This document shows positions 17,559-26,836 of a stretch of DNA of 64,000 bases, piece after piece. Location: the sequence record NC_070956.1. One strand, written 5' to 3'. Made by a program: the position numbers and the translations under genes. How positions within the stretch are numbered: position 1 is the first letter of the stretch; each line of letters begins with the position of its first letter. The notes beneath the pieces are model-generated. The model did no database searches. It was not told where the DNA came from and saw nothing but the letters and a program-made list of their open reading frames with translations.

Positions 17559-18273
17559 ACAAGAAAAGCCGGTTATCAAGATTAACACATTCAGCTTTAT
17601 GTGTGACATCGATGATCAGGCGTTACACAAGTTTTTCGAGTTCTACGACTCGATGTCTGTCAAAGACGGATTGATAATCAATGTCTCAAGTGATGGCGGG
17701 AACCCGGAAGTAACACTGAAGATCCAGGACTTCGTGACATCGAGGAATCGCCCCACCCTGGTTGTCGCGATCGGTGATTGTTCCAGTGCTGCAATGGGAT
17801 TCTTCGGGATACGCGGAACTACCAGGCTCGCATACAGCAGTTGCCGGTTTATGGAGCATCAGCTCATGCTGAACACTCCCAAGATGAGTATCGAATCAAT
17901 CTACTCGTCCATTGATGAAGTTCAGTCCAGATCAGGACTCTTCGAACAGCGTCTCACTAACTGGTGTGGGTTGAGAGAAGAAGAGTGTAAAGAACTGTTC
18001 AGTCCCAACGATCTTTACTTTGATGCAATCGATGCATTGATGTTTGGTACAAGAGGGATAATCGATGGTATCATCATCCGTCAACTGGACGACTTCGAGT
18101 GGATCGTTCTCACCAGGGACGGGTTCAAACGTTTCATGTTCCCCAAGAATATCATCGATGAGAATCCGATATTAACGGATGAGGAGTTAAAAGAATATGG
18201 GCTGAAACCCTATAAACCCGATAACGTTATCAAAGCGATAGAACGACGTAAGCATCGTCAAGGTCGCGCTTAA
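17551..18273 (+). CDS. clpP: ClpP-like serine protease subunit with C-terminal extension
   Basis: INVSSDGG, GDCSSAA (Ser), RFMEHQ (His), NDLYFDAIDALMFG (Asp) align to ClpP motifs. Confidence 0.8.
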   Translation: MSEQEKPVIKINTFSFMCDIDDQALHKFFEFYDSMSVKDGLIINVSSDGGNPEVTLKIQDFVTSRNRPTLVVAIGDCSSAAMGFFGIRGTTRLAYSSCRFMEHQLMLNTPKMSIESIYSSIDEVQSRSGLFEQRLTNWCGLREEECKELFSPNDLYFDAIDALMFGTRGIIDGIIIRQLDDFEWIVLTRDGFKRFMFPKNIIDENPILTDEELKEYGLKPYKPDNVIKAIERRKHRQGRA

Positions 18274-18302
18274 TCACAACACACTTAATAAAGGAACCAG
18301 AC

Positions 18303-19931
18303 ATGTCCATTCTGAATGATGTAACTTATACCAACCGTGCCGGCACTCGTGAAATCATCGACGAGGTTGTCCAGGAGGCATTCGATAGCGTTTGCTCCAC
18401 CATGGGTCCGGATGGTAACTATGTGGTGATCAACCAATCCAACGTCCCGGTCACCACCAAAGATGGTGCGTCTGTGGCCAAGGCATTGGATTTCGGTGAA
18501 ACCCGTCGGAACATGATCGCGCAACTGGTACGTGAGCCGAGCTTGCGAGTGGAGCGGGAAGTTGGTGATGGCACCACCACCACTGTCTTCATGACCACCA
18601 AGCTCTACCAGGCGTTCTGTGACAACATGACGTTCCGTGAAATCCGTTTCATCGATTCCATGGTTGGTAAAGCGCTCGAAGCTCTCCGTAAGCTGATCAT
18701 CCCGGTTAAGGCGAACTCCCCGGAGTTCAAGCTCATGCTGACCACCACCGCGAACTATGAGACCGAAATCGTAGATCGGATCCTGGACCTCTATCAAGGT
18801 GATGCACTCCCGAACATCACACTTCGGAAGAATCCGAGCATCCCCGAGGACCGTGTTGAACGTGTCACTGACCTCCGTTACAACGGTGCGTATCCGTCAC
18901 CTGAAATTCAGGCTATGAGTAAAGCTCCTCGTAGTCGGATCACTTTCGGTGCCGGCACAACTGTGGTTGTGGTTGACAGCAACATCGAAACCATCCAGAT
19001 GGGTGACCTGGCTCGTCTGGCACAGCCTGGTGGGGATCCGGTAGTTATCATCGCTACCAGTTTCTCCATGGCTGCCATTCAAGCAATCAAGGGTTACTAT
19101 CAGATGGCCAACGAAGAGGCGCTGAAGGCGCTCCAGGCTGATAAGAATGCCAATGTTGCATTGACTGCACCCATCGTTCCGTTCACCGTACAAGCTGGCG
19201 GGACTCTGGGTAAAGCGATGTTGCTGGAAATGGCACAGCTGCTGGGGCTGACTACTGCGGTAGATCTGTCCAATGGTATCACTCTCGCTAAAGAGTGTGA
19301 TGCTCCTTTTGTTCTGAGCCAAGACGGTGTGACCATTCCTCGGGATTGCGAACACGTAGAAGCTCGTCGCAAGGAAATGCTGGAAATCAATACCGCCCAG
19401 TACGAAGAGCTCGATCAAGCCACTCGTCAAAAGGCACCTGGTCTGATGTTGTTCGAACGCATCGGGATTCTTTCTGGTACCAACATCACGGTCAGTGTGA
19501 CCGGTCAAACCGAGAGTGATTGCTCTGAGCGTTACTATCGCTACGAGGACGTTATCACCGCTGCCCGTAGCTCACTCGGGTTCGGTGTACTTCCTGGTAT
19601 TGGTTGGGGGTATCTGCAAGCGGCGAAGGAGGTCGAGGACCACTTTTACGAAGTGGGAGTCACTCAGGATCAACGTATCCTGATGGATAAGTTCCTGGAT
19701 GTTCTTCGCGCCCAGTACACTTACCTCACCGGCAATGTTTACCGGGACATGGATCGTGTCACCTTCCTGGATCTCACCACTGGTGAAGAATCCAAGGATC
19801 CTGGCAAGGTCTATGATAACGCTGCCGCAACCTGTCTCGCTCTTGAGAGTGGTTGGGGTGCTGCCAAGACCCTGGGTAAACTGAGTACCATCACTGGTCG
19901 TGGCGATACCAACTATCTCCACAAACGTTAA
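18303..19931 (+). CDS. groEL: phage GroEL-like chaperonin
   Basis: STMGPDG, TTKDGASVAK, EVGDGTTT, RYEDVITAAR..GVLPGIG, VYDNA; 542 aa. Confidence 0.95.
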   Translation: MSILNDVTYTNRAGTREIIDEVVQEAFDSVCSTMGPDGNYVVINQSNVPVTTKDGASVAKALDFGETRRNMIAQLVREPSLRVEREVGDGTTTTVFMTTKLYQAFCDNMTFREIRFIDSMVGKALEALRKLIIPVKANSPEFKLMLTTTANYETEIVDRILDLYQGDALPNITLRKNPSIPEDRVERVTDLRYNGAYPSPEIQAMSKAPRSRITFGAGTTVVVVDSNIETIQMGDLARLAQPGGDPVVIIATSFSMAAIQAIKGYYQMANEEALKALQADKNANVALTAPIVPFTVQAGGTLGKAMLLEMAQLLGLTTAVDLSNGITLAKECDAPFVLSQDGVTIPRDCEHVEARRKEMLEINTAQYEELDQATRQKAPGLMLFERIGILSGTNITVSVTGQTESDCSERYYRYEDVITAARSSLGFGVLPGIGWGYLQAAKEVEDHFYEVGVTQDQRILMDKFLDVLRAQYTYLTGNVYRDMDRVTFLDLTTGEESKDPGKVYDNAAATCLALESGWGAAKTLGKLSTITGRGDTNYLHKR

Positions 19932-19936
19932 TTGAA

Positions 19937-19958
19937 AGGGAACCCTTCGGGGTTCCCT
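19937..19958 (+). terminator. intrinsic terminator
   Basis: AGGGAACCC-TTCG-GGGTTCCCT + T-rich tail. Confidence 0.85.
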
Positions 19959-20033
19959 CTCTTATTTATACATTTTATTTTTGTCTCCAACCAGTATCTG
20001 TTGTAACTCAATTACCACATGAAGGAATGAGCA

Positions 20034-20882
20034 ATGTCTAAAGTGCATTTTATCTATGGTCCCATGAACAGCTCCAAGACCACTACACTCATCACCACCG
20101 CGTACAACTACCGTGAAGAAGCACAGAACCCGGTCATCATGAAACCTTCCCTGGATACTCGGGATGGTGTTGAACCGATGATAAAGTCTCGTCCTGGTCT
20201 GACCGCTGCCTGCCAACTTTTCGACAAGAGTGAGAATCTCTTCGTCAAGGTCGCTGCACTCTCTGGAGCTACCCAGGAAGAACTGAACTGGCTGGAAGAA
20301 AACCTCCCTCCTCGACCCGCACCGGATGTAGCCGAAATGGTCTCTGGTATCAGAACCGCCTGGATCAACAAGGGGGTGATGCTCAAGGACATCCTCCCTG
20401 GCTATGACCAAAGTCGTCTTGACGAACTCAGCGAGATGCTGAAGACCCAGAAAGTCAGGGTGAAAGAATACCAGTACACCCGCCACCAAACTCTGGAACT
20501 CTTCGGGACCCGCATCAATAAAACCATCGACTGTGTTCTGGTTGATGAAGTTCAGTTCCTGACCGAGGAACAGGCCCTCGATCTCCTGGACATCGCCGAT
20601 TATCTCCGTATCCCTGTAATGGCCTTTGGTCTCCGGAACGACTTCAAAGGGGAAATCTTCCCTGCCTCCAAGATCCTGATGGCTCAGGCAGAAGTCTGTA
20701 AAGAGAACAAGGGTGTGTGCTGGTGTGGTCGTAAAGCCACCCACGTACTCCGCATCGCCGAAGATGGTACTGTGGATACTGATGGTCCTCAGGTTAAGGT
20801 TGGCGGTAATGACACCTACAAATCTGTCTGCCGTTATCACCACCGTGCCGGCATGTATCGTAAGCCAGGGATTAATAGCTGA
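20034..20882 (+). CDS. tdk: thymidine kinase (TK1/type II) with about 85-aa insertion
   Basis: GPMNSSKT P-loop, DTR, VLVDEVQF, FGLRNDFKGEIF, Zn-site C-W-C...C, GGNDTYKSVCRYH. Confidence 0.92.
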   Translation: MSKVHFIYGPMNSSKTTTLITTAYNYREEAQNPVIMKPSLDTRDGVEPMIKSRPGLTAACQLFDKSENLFVKVAALSGATQEELNWLEENLPPRPAPDVAEMVSGIRTAWINKGVMLKDILPGYDQSRLDELSEMLKTQKVRVKEYQYTRHQTLELFGTRINKTIDCVLVDEVQFLTEEQALDLLDIADYLRIPVMAFGLRNDFKGEIFPASKILMAQAEVCKENKGVCWCGRKATHVLRIAEDGTVDTDGPQVKVGGNDTYKSVCRYHHRAGMYRKPGINS

Positions 20883-20900
20883 AGATTTAACATGGAGAAT

Positions 20901-20925
20901 ATTTCAGACCGATATTACTATAGTG
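20901..20925 (+). promoter_or_regulatory. putative phage early promoter
   Basis: ATTT-N6-GATATTACTA-N2-GTG. Confidence 0.65.
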
Positions 20926-20974
20926 AAGATACATAGGGTATCTCATTAATGTAACTACATCGGAGAAATATAAC

Positions 20975-21664
20975 ATGGCTATCATCACTATCAAATCTGT
21001 ATCCCTGGTTGGCGTTTCCAAGTTCGTCCGTGCCTTCGCCTTTGACGAAGATAAGATGGGTGTTCACCAGGCCATCATGGAAACTCCTGAGTATAAGGAG
21101 CTTTCCAAACTGACCGACATGAGTCAGTATGACAAAGATGTTTGTGCAATGGACTACGAAATCAAATTCGAATCCATCCGTCACAAACATCATCCGCTGA
21201 ACAATCAAACTCTGCGTCAGCAAATCTGGTACACCACCCTGGAAATCGTTAAAGAGGAGAAGATCAAATTGGAACCCATCGAAATCAAAGTACCGCGTAT
21301 CAAGGTTGAAAGCTACACCCGTGAACTGGACTTCGGTCGTCAGTACCGTAGCCTGCACGCCAACAAGATCACCAAGTCCAAGAACTACACCGGTATGGCC
21401 GTTGGTGCTCTGGCTGCCGTTGGTCTGGAAATTCTGGCTGAAGACAGCAACACTGCATCCATCGTAGCTGCTGCCGCAGGTGCTGGTCTGGGTGCCCTGG
21501 CTGTATCCAACGCCGCCGAGATGATGGATGACAACCTGGCCAACTCTGCACTGCTGGGTCTGTACACCATGTCCGCCGGTATCATGTTCGGTCGCATCAC
21601 TGCGGCCCTGACCGCTGACGATGAAGTCGAGCAAGTTTCAGCAGAATACGCTGACGAGCTGTAA
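20975..21664 (+). CDS. hypothetical protein with C-terminal Gly/Ala-rich hydrophobic (glycine-zipper-like) helices
   Basis: GGAG SD; GMAVGALAAVG, AAAAGAGLGALA, ALLGLYTMSAGIMFG. Confidence 0.8.
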   Translation: MAIITIKSVSLVGVSKFVRAFAFDEDKMGVHQAIMETPEYKELSKLTDMSQYDKDVCAMDYEIKFESIRHKHHPLNNQTLRQQIWYTTLEIVKEEKIKLEPIEIKVPRIKVESYTRELDFGRQYRSLHANKITKSKNYTGMAVGALAAVGLEILAEDSNTASIVAAAAGAGLGALAVSNAAEMMDDNLANSALLGLYTMSAGIMFGRITAALTADDEVEQVSAEYADEL

Positions 21665-21671
21665 GTGATAT

Positions 21672-21699
21672 CCCTCCTGCCATTGGCAGGAGGGTTTCT
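21672..21699 (+). terminator. intrinsic terminator
   Basis: CCCTCCTGCC-ATT-GGCAGGAGGG + TTTCTT. Confidence 0.85.
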
Positions 21700-21787
21700 T
21701 ATTTCACATTTAATTTTTCATTATATGAACTCCGCATCCTTTCTATTGGGAGAGTGCGACTCATAACTTTTGCACAAGGATATACGA

Positions 21788-22396
21788 ATGCAATCAGTTA
21801 ACCTGAAGAAACCCGTGGACTACTTCATCAATATTCTTCGTGAATATCGTCCGATGTCTCTGTTCGAGGACACTCCCGACAACAAGGATATCATTCTGTC
21901 CAACTGGACTACTGACGCCAATGGTGTTAGCGATGTTGTTGTCCGTTCCGAAGTGACCGCCAACCAAAAGACCGAGCAGGTCAAATTCCAAACAGGTACC
22001 CTGTTGGGGATGTTGCGTGGTGTCGCCAAGGAATACACCGAGGAAGGTGTTGATGTCGGCCTGTACCTCATCGATGGCGTTCTCACTCTCTTCATTGAGG
22101 AGAACAACCACGACTACGTTACCGCGCTGGAGTGTACAGGGTACCGGTTCGATGAAGGCAACCTCAGCTTCGGTACGGCTCCTGTAGGTGATGAAGATGT
22201 AACTGCCGCCGGTATTCTCCACATTGAGTACCCCTTTGTAACTGGTGATATCGCCGTCTACGTGATCGCCGATGCTCCGGTAGAGGAGGAATCCGAAGAG
22301 CCCTCCCAGGAGGAAGAGAAGGAGGTCGCTCAACAACCGGTCCAGAAACAACATTATGGTCATCAAGGCCGTAAGAACAAACAAAAGCACAACTGA
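21788..22396 (+). CDS. hypothetical protein with acidic then basic disordered tail (202 aa)
   Basis: AAGGA SD before the ATG at 21788. Confidence 0.8.
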   Translation: MQSVNLKKPVDYFINILREYRPMSLFEDTPDNKDIILSNWTTDANGVSDVVVRSEVTANQKTEQVKFQTGTLLGMLRGVAKEYTEEGVDVGLYLIDGVLTLFIEENNHDYVTALECTGYRFDEGNLSFGTAPVGDEDVTAAGILHIEYPFVTGDIAVYVIADAPVEEESEEPSQEEEKEVAQQPVQKQHYGHQGRKNKQKHN

Positions 22397-22425
22397 TCAT
22401 TGATGCTTATTAGTTAACACGCACA

Positions 22426-22459
22426 AATACCAAGGCTGGGGAAACCCGGTCTTGGTATT
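22426..22459 (+). terminator. terminator hairpin
   Basis: AATACCAAGGCTGGG-GAAA-CCCGGTCTTGGTATT. Confidence 0.75.
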
Positions 22460-22480
22460 AAACTTTGTATGTTCTATTTA

Positions 22481-22505
22481 TTTATAGGTCGATATTATTA
22501 CAGTG
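22481..22505 (+). promoter_or_regulatory. putative phage early promoter
   Basis: TTTA-N6-GATATTATTA-N2-GTG. Confidence 0.65.
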
Positions 22506-22573
22506 ACGAACAACTCCATGTTCATTCAATGCAGTCATACGTACTGTCAACCATAACGTATTAGAGGTCTATT

Positions 22574-23305
22574 ATGATTAACGAACAAATGCTTGCTGGT
22601 GCGATTCGTAAAGCGATTGAACCCCTGACAACTATTGAGGACAACAACCTCTTTATGTATGAAGTGGGACAGGTCCTTTGTCGGTTTAAAACCAACATCT
22701 ACATGATGTTGGACGAGGACATGTGTTATCGTGATCCTAACGAACTGATTAACTTTGTTATCACTGCGGGTGCTGACATAGTTAACGCCGGTGGCTATAC
22801 CGAGATTATCAAGCGTGACCAAACAGTCCTCCGTATTTCTGGTGTTCATGATTACGGAGCGACCGTGCTGGAACAAGGACGTGAGTTCCTGTACAACGAA
22901 GATATCAGCGATCTCATTCCGGCCGATAGATTGGTAAGAATGCACGACACCCATTTCATGAGTGCTCGTCAAGAAGGTGAAGGTGCACCCAAGAATGACT
23001 TGGAACGATTCGAATCCTTAGGGTTCAATCTGGAGAGTGCTCACGGTTACCATTTCAATACCGATCGTTTCCTGGACGCAAGAGCTACTGCGAGTATGAC
23101 TATCAGTGGGCGTGTCTTCGCCGCCGCTTATGCTAAGAAGCGTCGTGAAACAGCGGAACGTCATCCAGGGTCAGAAGGGCGTTATCTCAGTCAGGGTCGT
23201 GAAGCCAACCGGCTGCAACGTCTGGAAGACGAAAGCAATCCCATCCCTGAAGAACGTCCTGGTCTTTCCGGTCGTCAGTTCCACATGCAATTCATGGCTA
23301 AGTAA
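22574..23305 (+). CDS. hypothetical protein (243 aa)
   Basis: GAGG SD, downstream of the promoter motif. Confidence 0.8.
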   Translation: MINEQMLAGAIRKAIEPLTTIEDNNLFMYEVGQVLCRFKTNIYMMLDEDMCYRDPNELINFVITAGADIVNAGGYTEIIKRDQTVLRISGVHDYGATVLEQGREFLYNEDISDLIPADRLVRMHDTHFMSARQEGEGAPKNDLERFESLGFNLESAHGYHFNTDRFLDARATASMTISGRVFAAAYAKKRRETAERHPGSEGRYLSQGREANRLQRLEDESNPIPEERPGLSGRQFHMQFMAK

Positions 23306-23314
23306 GGAATATAA

Positions 23315-23881
23315 ATGAGCAATCTCGTAATCTTAGAAACCAAGGGCAGGGGTTTTTGGAAACCCGTAATTTCCGAAGATGGTGCCAAATGGATCGAAAC
23401 AAATATCCCTCCTCACTTTGGTTCAATCCAGGCGCACTCCACGATCATGTCGGTGGGCTATCACTGGAAGAAACACGCTGTACTGTTTAGTATCATGGGA
23501 ACCTTGCGTGGATACGACATCTTCATTAACGCATGGTCCCTTACAACGGATACTTGCACTCCTCGTTTGATAAGAGTGAGGTTGGAAGGTCAGCCACTTG
23601 GATGGCTTTCCAAAGAGGAATCCCTGCGGTACCTCAAACGTTGGTTGTTGAGTGAAGGGCTCTACACAGTGGCAGGTTATCCTCCCAGAACCAGGAAGAT
23701 GATCTATCAGATGCTGGAGGAGATAAAGGATGATCACGTAACCACTTACTACCCTGGCTATCTATACAGACTAAGTAAACATCATGGTCGTTGGCGTTTG
23801 TCTCACGACGGAAAAGTTTGCCTGGATGTCAATCATCTCAATCAAATCACTCAAGCCAATCTGTACCATTTGGCCGTGTAA
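23315..23881 (+). CDS. hypothetical protein (188 aa)
   Basis: TAAGGA SD. Confidence 0.8.
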   Translation: MSNLVILETKGRGFWKPVISEDGAKWIETNIPPHFGSIQAHSTIMSVGYHWKKHAVLFSIMGTLRGYDIFINAWSLTTDTCTPRLIRVRLEGQPLGWLSKEESLRYLKRWLLSEGLYTVAGYPPRTRKMIYQMLEEIKDDHVTTYYPGYLYRLSKHHGRWRLSHDGKVCLDVNHLNQITQANLYHLAV

Positions 23882-23890
23882 GGAATAACC

Positions 23891-24331
23891 ATGTTAAAAG
23901 ACCCGGTAGTCGTTTACACAGATCCAGAGAAAACCACCATCAGCACTCACGGTGAAAATCTAGCCCAGAAAGACTTTAGTCTTTACAACGAAATAATTGA
24001 GCTCAGAAGAGATGGGTTCAAAACACCAGATCAGATCAGGTCGATCCTGGATGCTGGTGGTTTCTCGTTGCGGCGTCGAGTCGATGGCAAGAAAGGATTC
24101 ATTCTTGAACGCAAGTTTGGATTCACTCACATCGGCGTCATCGAAGAAATAGTGATGGAAGAAAACACCATGGCTGTTTTGGGTTGGGAAGTTCGCCAAG
24201 ATAGCCATGATAAGATCGCCATCAAAGAGATCAGACATGAAGTAGGTCGCGGTAGCGAAGACTTCAATCCTCGCAAGGGATGGCTCTGTGATGTAATCTC
24301 CTTCAGTGTGCTGCTGGATGAACTTTTGTAA
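23891..24331 (+). CDS. hypothetical protein (146 aa)
   Basis: TAAGGA SD. Confidence 0.8.
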   Translation: MLKDPVVVYTDPEKTTISTHGENLAQKDFSLYNEIIELRRDGFKTPDQIRSILDAGGFSLRRRVDGKKGFILERKFGFTHIGVIEEIVMEENTMAVLGWEVRQDSHDKIAIKEIRHEVGRGSEDFNPRKGWLCDVISFSVLLDELL

Positions 24332-24343
24332 TAACGTAATAAC

Positions 24344-24372
24344 CCCTACCCCATCCTTTCGGTGGGGTAGGG
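24344..24372. terminator. bidirectional terminator
   Basis: CCCTACCCCATC...GGTGGGGTAGGG between convergent genes. Confidence 0.8.
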
Positions 24373-24380
24373 AGTCTTTA

Positions 24381-25031
24381 TTAGGGATTATTTTTGATTA
24401 CGTCTTCCAACTCTTTGACATAAGTCTGGAGTTCGAGGATTTGCTGACGTTGCTGCTCAATGATGATCGTTGCTGACGGTTCATCAGTGATACGATTTTG
24501 GCGACTCTGTTCCCATGCCTCTGCTTCCAATTTGGAAACGTATCCACGGGTAGGTACGGTAGTCACAACCACGTTAGGGTTCTGAATCCCGAATGCACCT
24601 TTCAGATACTCGTCAATGTACGCAACGGCATTATTGACACGATCTTTCAGGTGTGGTGGGCAGGAACCCAGGTCGGCCACAATACCAACGCGCTCATAGA
24701 TCACACCATCCGCCACAGGGAACGATTTGATGTAAGTAGAGAGCACATAGGTGGGACCACGACCACGACTCGCCAGAGAGACAACCACAGCGTTTTGCGA
24801 GATAGCTGTTTCAATCTGGCTGTTCACTTCATTTACATGGTTCGGGTCATCTTTGCTATACCCGAGCGGTTCGTAAATGATTTTGAACAGATCCAGTTTG
24901 AGCGCCTGCATCTCAGGGATCGTTCGGTTAGCCTCGACAGAATAGAAGACGTCTTCTTTTACCACTTTATCGAACGGAGCTTCTGCTACGAACTTACCAG
25001 CCGCTCTGATCGACGGAATGTTATTCGTCAT
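24381..25031 (-). CDS. conserved phiKZ-like protein (gp158-like, recalled), probable virion-associated
   Basis: PSIRAAGKF..PF, YI.SFP...V.Y, LG..P pattern and C-terminal coiled coil; synteny. Confidence 0.6.
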   Translation of the reverse strand: MTNNIPSIRAAGKFVAEAPFDKVVKEDVFYSVEANRTIPEMQALKLDLFKIIYEPLGYSKDDPNHVNEVNSQIETAISQNAVVVSLASRGRGPTYVLSTYIKSFPVADGVIYERVGIVADLGSCPPHLKDRVNNAVAYIDEYLKGAFGIQNPNVVVTTVPTRGYVSKLEAEAWEQSRQNRITDEPSATIIIEQQRQQILELQTYVKELEDVIKNNP

Positions 25032-26358
25032 CTACAAGACCGTCCTTAATGAATTGATAGCGGGTCGCCATAGTGATCTTGGCAACGCTACTACGTTTTG
25101 TCAGATACATCCGACCGCCGATGGTCACCCGTTGCATACCTGCCGGAGGGAGGTCTGTCGGACGGTTGACTTCCGCAGCAGCCAGCATGGATTCCAAGTC
25201 GAACACGAACTGGTGAGTCTCTTTACTCATGTAACCAGCCTGGCTGTCGTCGGACGGAATCAGTTGGTAATCAGGGAATACCTGACGGATGTGGATGCGA
25301 CCTTGGTTGTTCCGGGGCTTGCCTACAAAGGACACCGATGCCGATTTATAGAGGGAAGGAACGATCTGGAGGGATTTTATGATATCATCCTCTGCGTAGA
25401 AGTCAGCGTACTTCTTCGCAAGTGCATCTCCACCTTGGAAAGTAAAGATAGGACTCAGAGTAGAACCTCTCTGTGTCTCGTTCAACAATGCAAGCTCATT
25501 CCAGTGAGGAATGGCGATGAACTCCAGTGGGTTAAACAAGTCTGGTATGACTTCCTCCCACTTGGTTTCGGGGTGCTTGGAGTTGGAGAGAATACAGTTT
25601 CGGATCGCCTCAAATGTTTCTTCTTCGGCGTCGTTCGGGTTCCCGTAATAAATCACCGTCCAAACAGCTTTATTGAACTTCGGCTTGTTGATCAAGTCGT
25701 AGACATTAAAGGTGTAAGTGGTGCGCAGTGTGTACGGATCGGTTTTACCAACCAGGGCATCAACACGATCTTGGACCTTATCGGTGGTTTCTTCGTACAG
25801 ACGGTTTTGCACTTCCTTATAGTTGTGCTCTGCCAGATAGTCGATGTCACCAGGAGGGATAGGACCAATGACGTAGATCTCCCGGTACGGGAATTCCAGA
25901 GCAAAGGCGGCATTAGCCATCCAGATTTTGAACTCGTGGACCACCCCACCCGCTTCATAGGTGAAGTTAATGCTGGAGGGTAACCAGATAGTGCTATTGG
26001 TCACCATCTCACCAACACTCTTCCAAACCCATCCTTTCGAGAAATTGGTCTTGAGAGCTTGGAGACAGATATTGGAATCATCAGTGATGTTTCCCTTCTT
26101 CGCCTCGTTGTACAGCCAGTCCAGCATCGTGAGAACCGGGTCTTGGTGACTCGTCGGGATCTGCTCATAGCGGTTTTCCGGTGAGTCCAATTTAACACCA
26201 CGGAATCCAACCAACAGAACGGGACTGTCTTTCTTGAAATAGAAGTCAGGTTCCTTCGCATAGGTTTTGGTCTTGTTGGTCAACTCACCAATCGGAGAGT
26301 TAGAACCATTCCTTACCAAACCCGCCACTTCCGCGAAGCAACTGTAGAGGTTACTCAT
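25021..26358 (-). CDS. virion structural protein (phiKZ gp157-like, recalled)
   Basis: N-terminal SPIGELT....Y, F.IW.A..AF...YP, ET.WE...PDLF...EF motifs recalled from phiKZ-family structural proteins; synteny with the RNase H-like gene. Confidence 0.65.
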   Translation of the reverse strand: MSNLYSCFAEVAGLVRNGSNSPIGELTNKTKTYAKEPDFYFKKDSPVLLVGFRGVKLDSPENRYEQIPTSHQDPVLTMLDWLYNEAKKGNITDDSNICLQALKTNFSKGWVWKSVGEMVTNSTIWLPSSINFTYEAGGVVHEFKIWMANAAFALEFPYREIYVIGPIPPGDIDYLAEHNYKEVQNRLYEETTDKVQDRVDALVGKTDPYTLRTTYTFNVYDLINKPKFNKAVWTVIYYGNPNDAEEETFEAIRNCILSNSKHPETKWEEVIPDLFNPLEFIAIPHWNELALLNETQRGSTLSPIFTFQGGDALAKKYADFYAEDDIIKSLQIVPSLYKSASVSFVGKPRNNQGRIHIRQVFPDYQLIPSDDSQAGYMSKETHQFVFDLESMLAAAEVNRPTDLPPAGMQRVTIGGRMYLTKRSSVAKITMATRYQFIKDGLVDDE

Positions 26359-26425
26359 ACTTTTTGATCCTCAGGTTATTGTACAATGAATAGGGTGTGA
26401 ATTGATAAAATGGTGGAACATAAAA

Positions 26426-26836
26426 ATGTGGTTCGTGATAAGGGAGGTAACAGACCGGTTCGTTTTGAACCGGGTGGTAAACTGGGCGTCTGATAAGACC
26501 CAGAAACACCTTGTCGGTAGCCTTTCCGGTACCGTTGTGTTCTGTGTGTTCTTACTCATGATTCTGGCTAACGTTTCCGTTAAAGCCATGACTCTGTGGT
26601 ATGAACGCCGAGCTCTTCTCGACAACTTGACTCATGTAGAGGCAAGAATGTTAGACGTGCAAGAGAACACAAATCTCTTTATCGGTGTACTCCATGAGAC
26701 GAATGAATCTAAACAGGCTTTGATCGCTGACAACATCAAGTTGAAAAATGACCTTAGCTTGTTGATGCTTCGTAACAAGGAGTTGGTAAAGAGAAATCGG
26801 CTGCTTGAAAAGGAGTTAGATCTCTCCCAGAAATAA
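26426..26836 (+). CDS. single-TM protein with C-terminal coiled coil
   Basis: hydrophobic GTVVFCVFLLMILANV then heptad-rich C-terminus; ATG at 26426 preferred. Confidence 0.7.
   Translation: MWFVIREVTDRFVLNRVVNWASDKTQKHLVGSLSGTVVFCVFLLMILANVSVKAMTLWYERRALLDNLTHVEARMLDVQENTNLFIGVLHETNESKQALIADNIKLKNDLSLLMLRNKELVKRNRLLEKELDLSQK

Noticed and set aside
20262-20519. Intein in thymidine kinase
   Set aside because: No Cys/Ser start with His-Asn end, and no LAGLIDADG motifs
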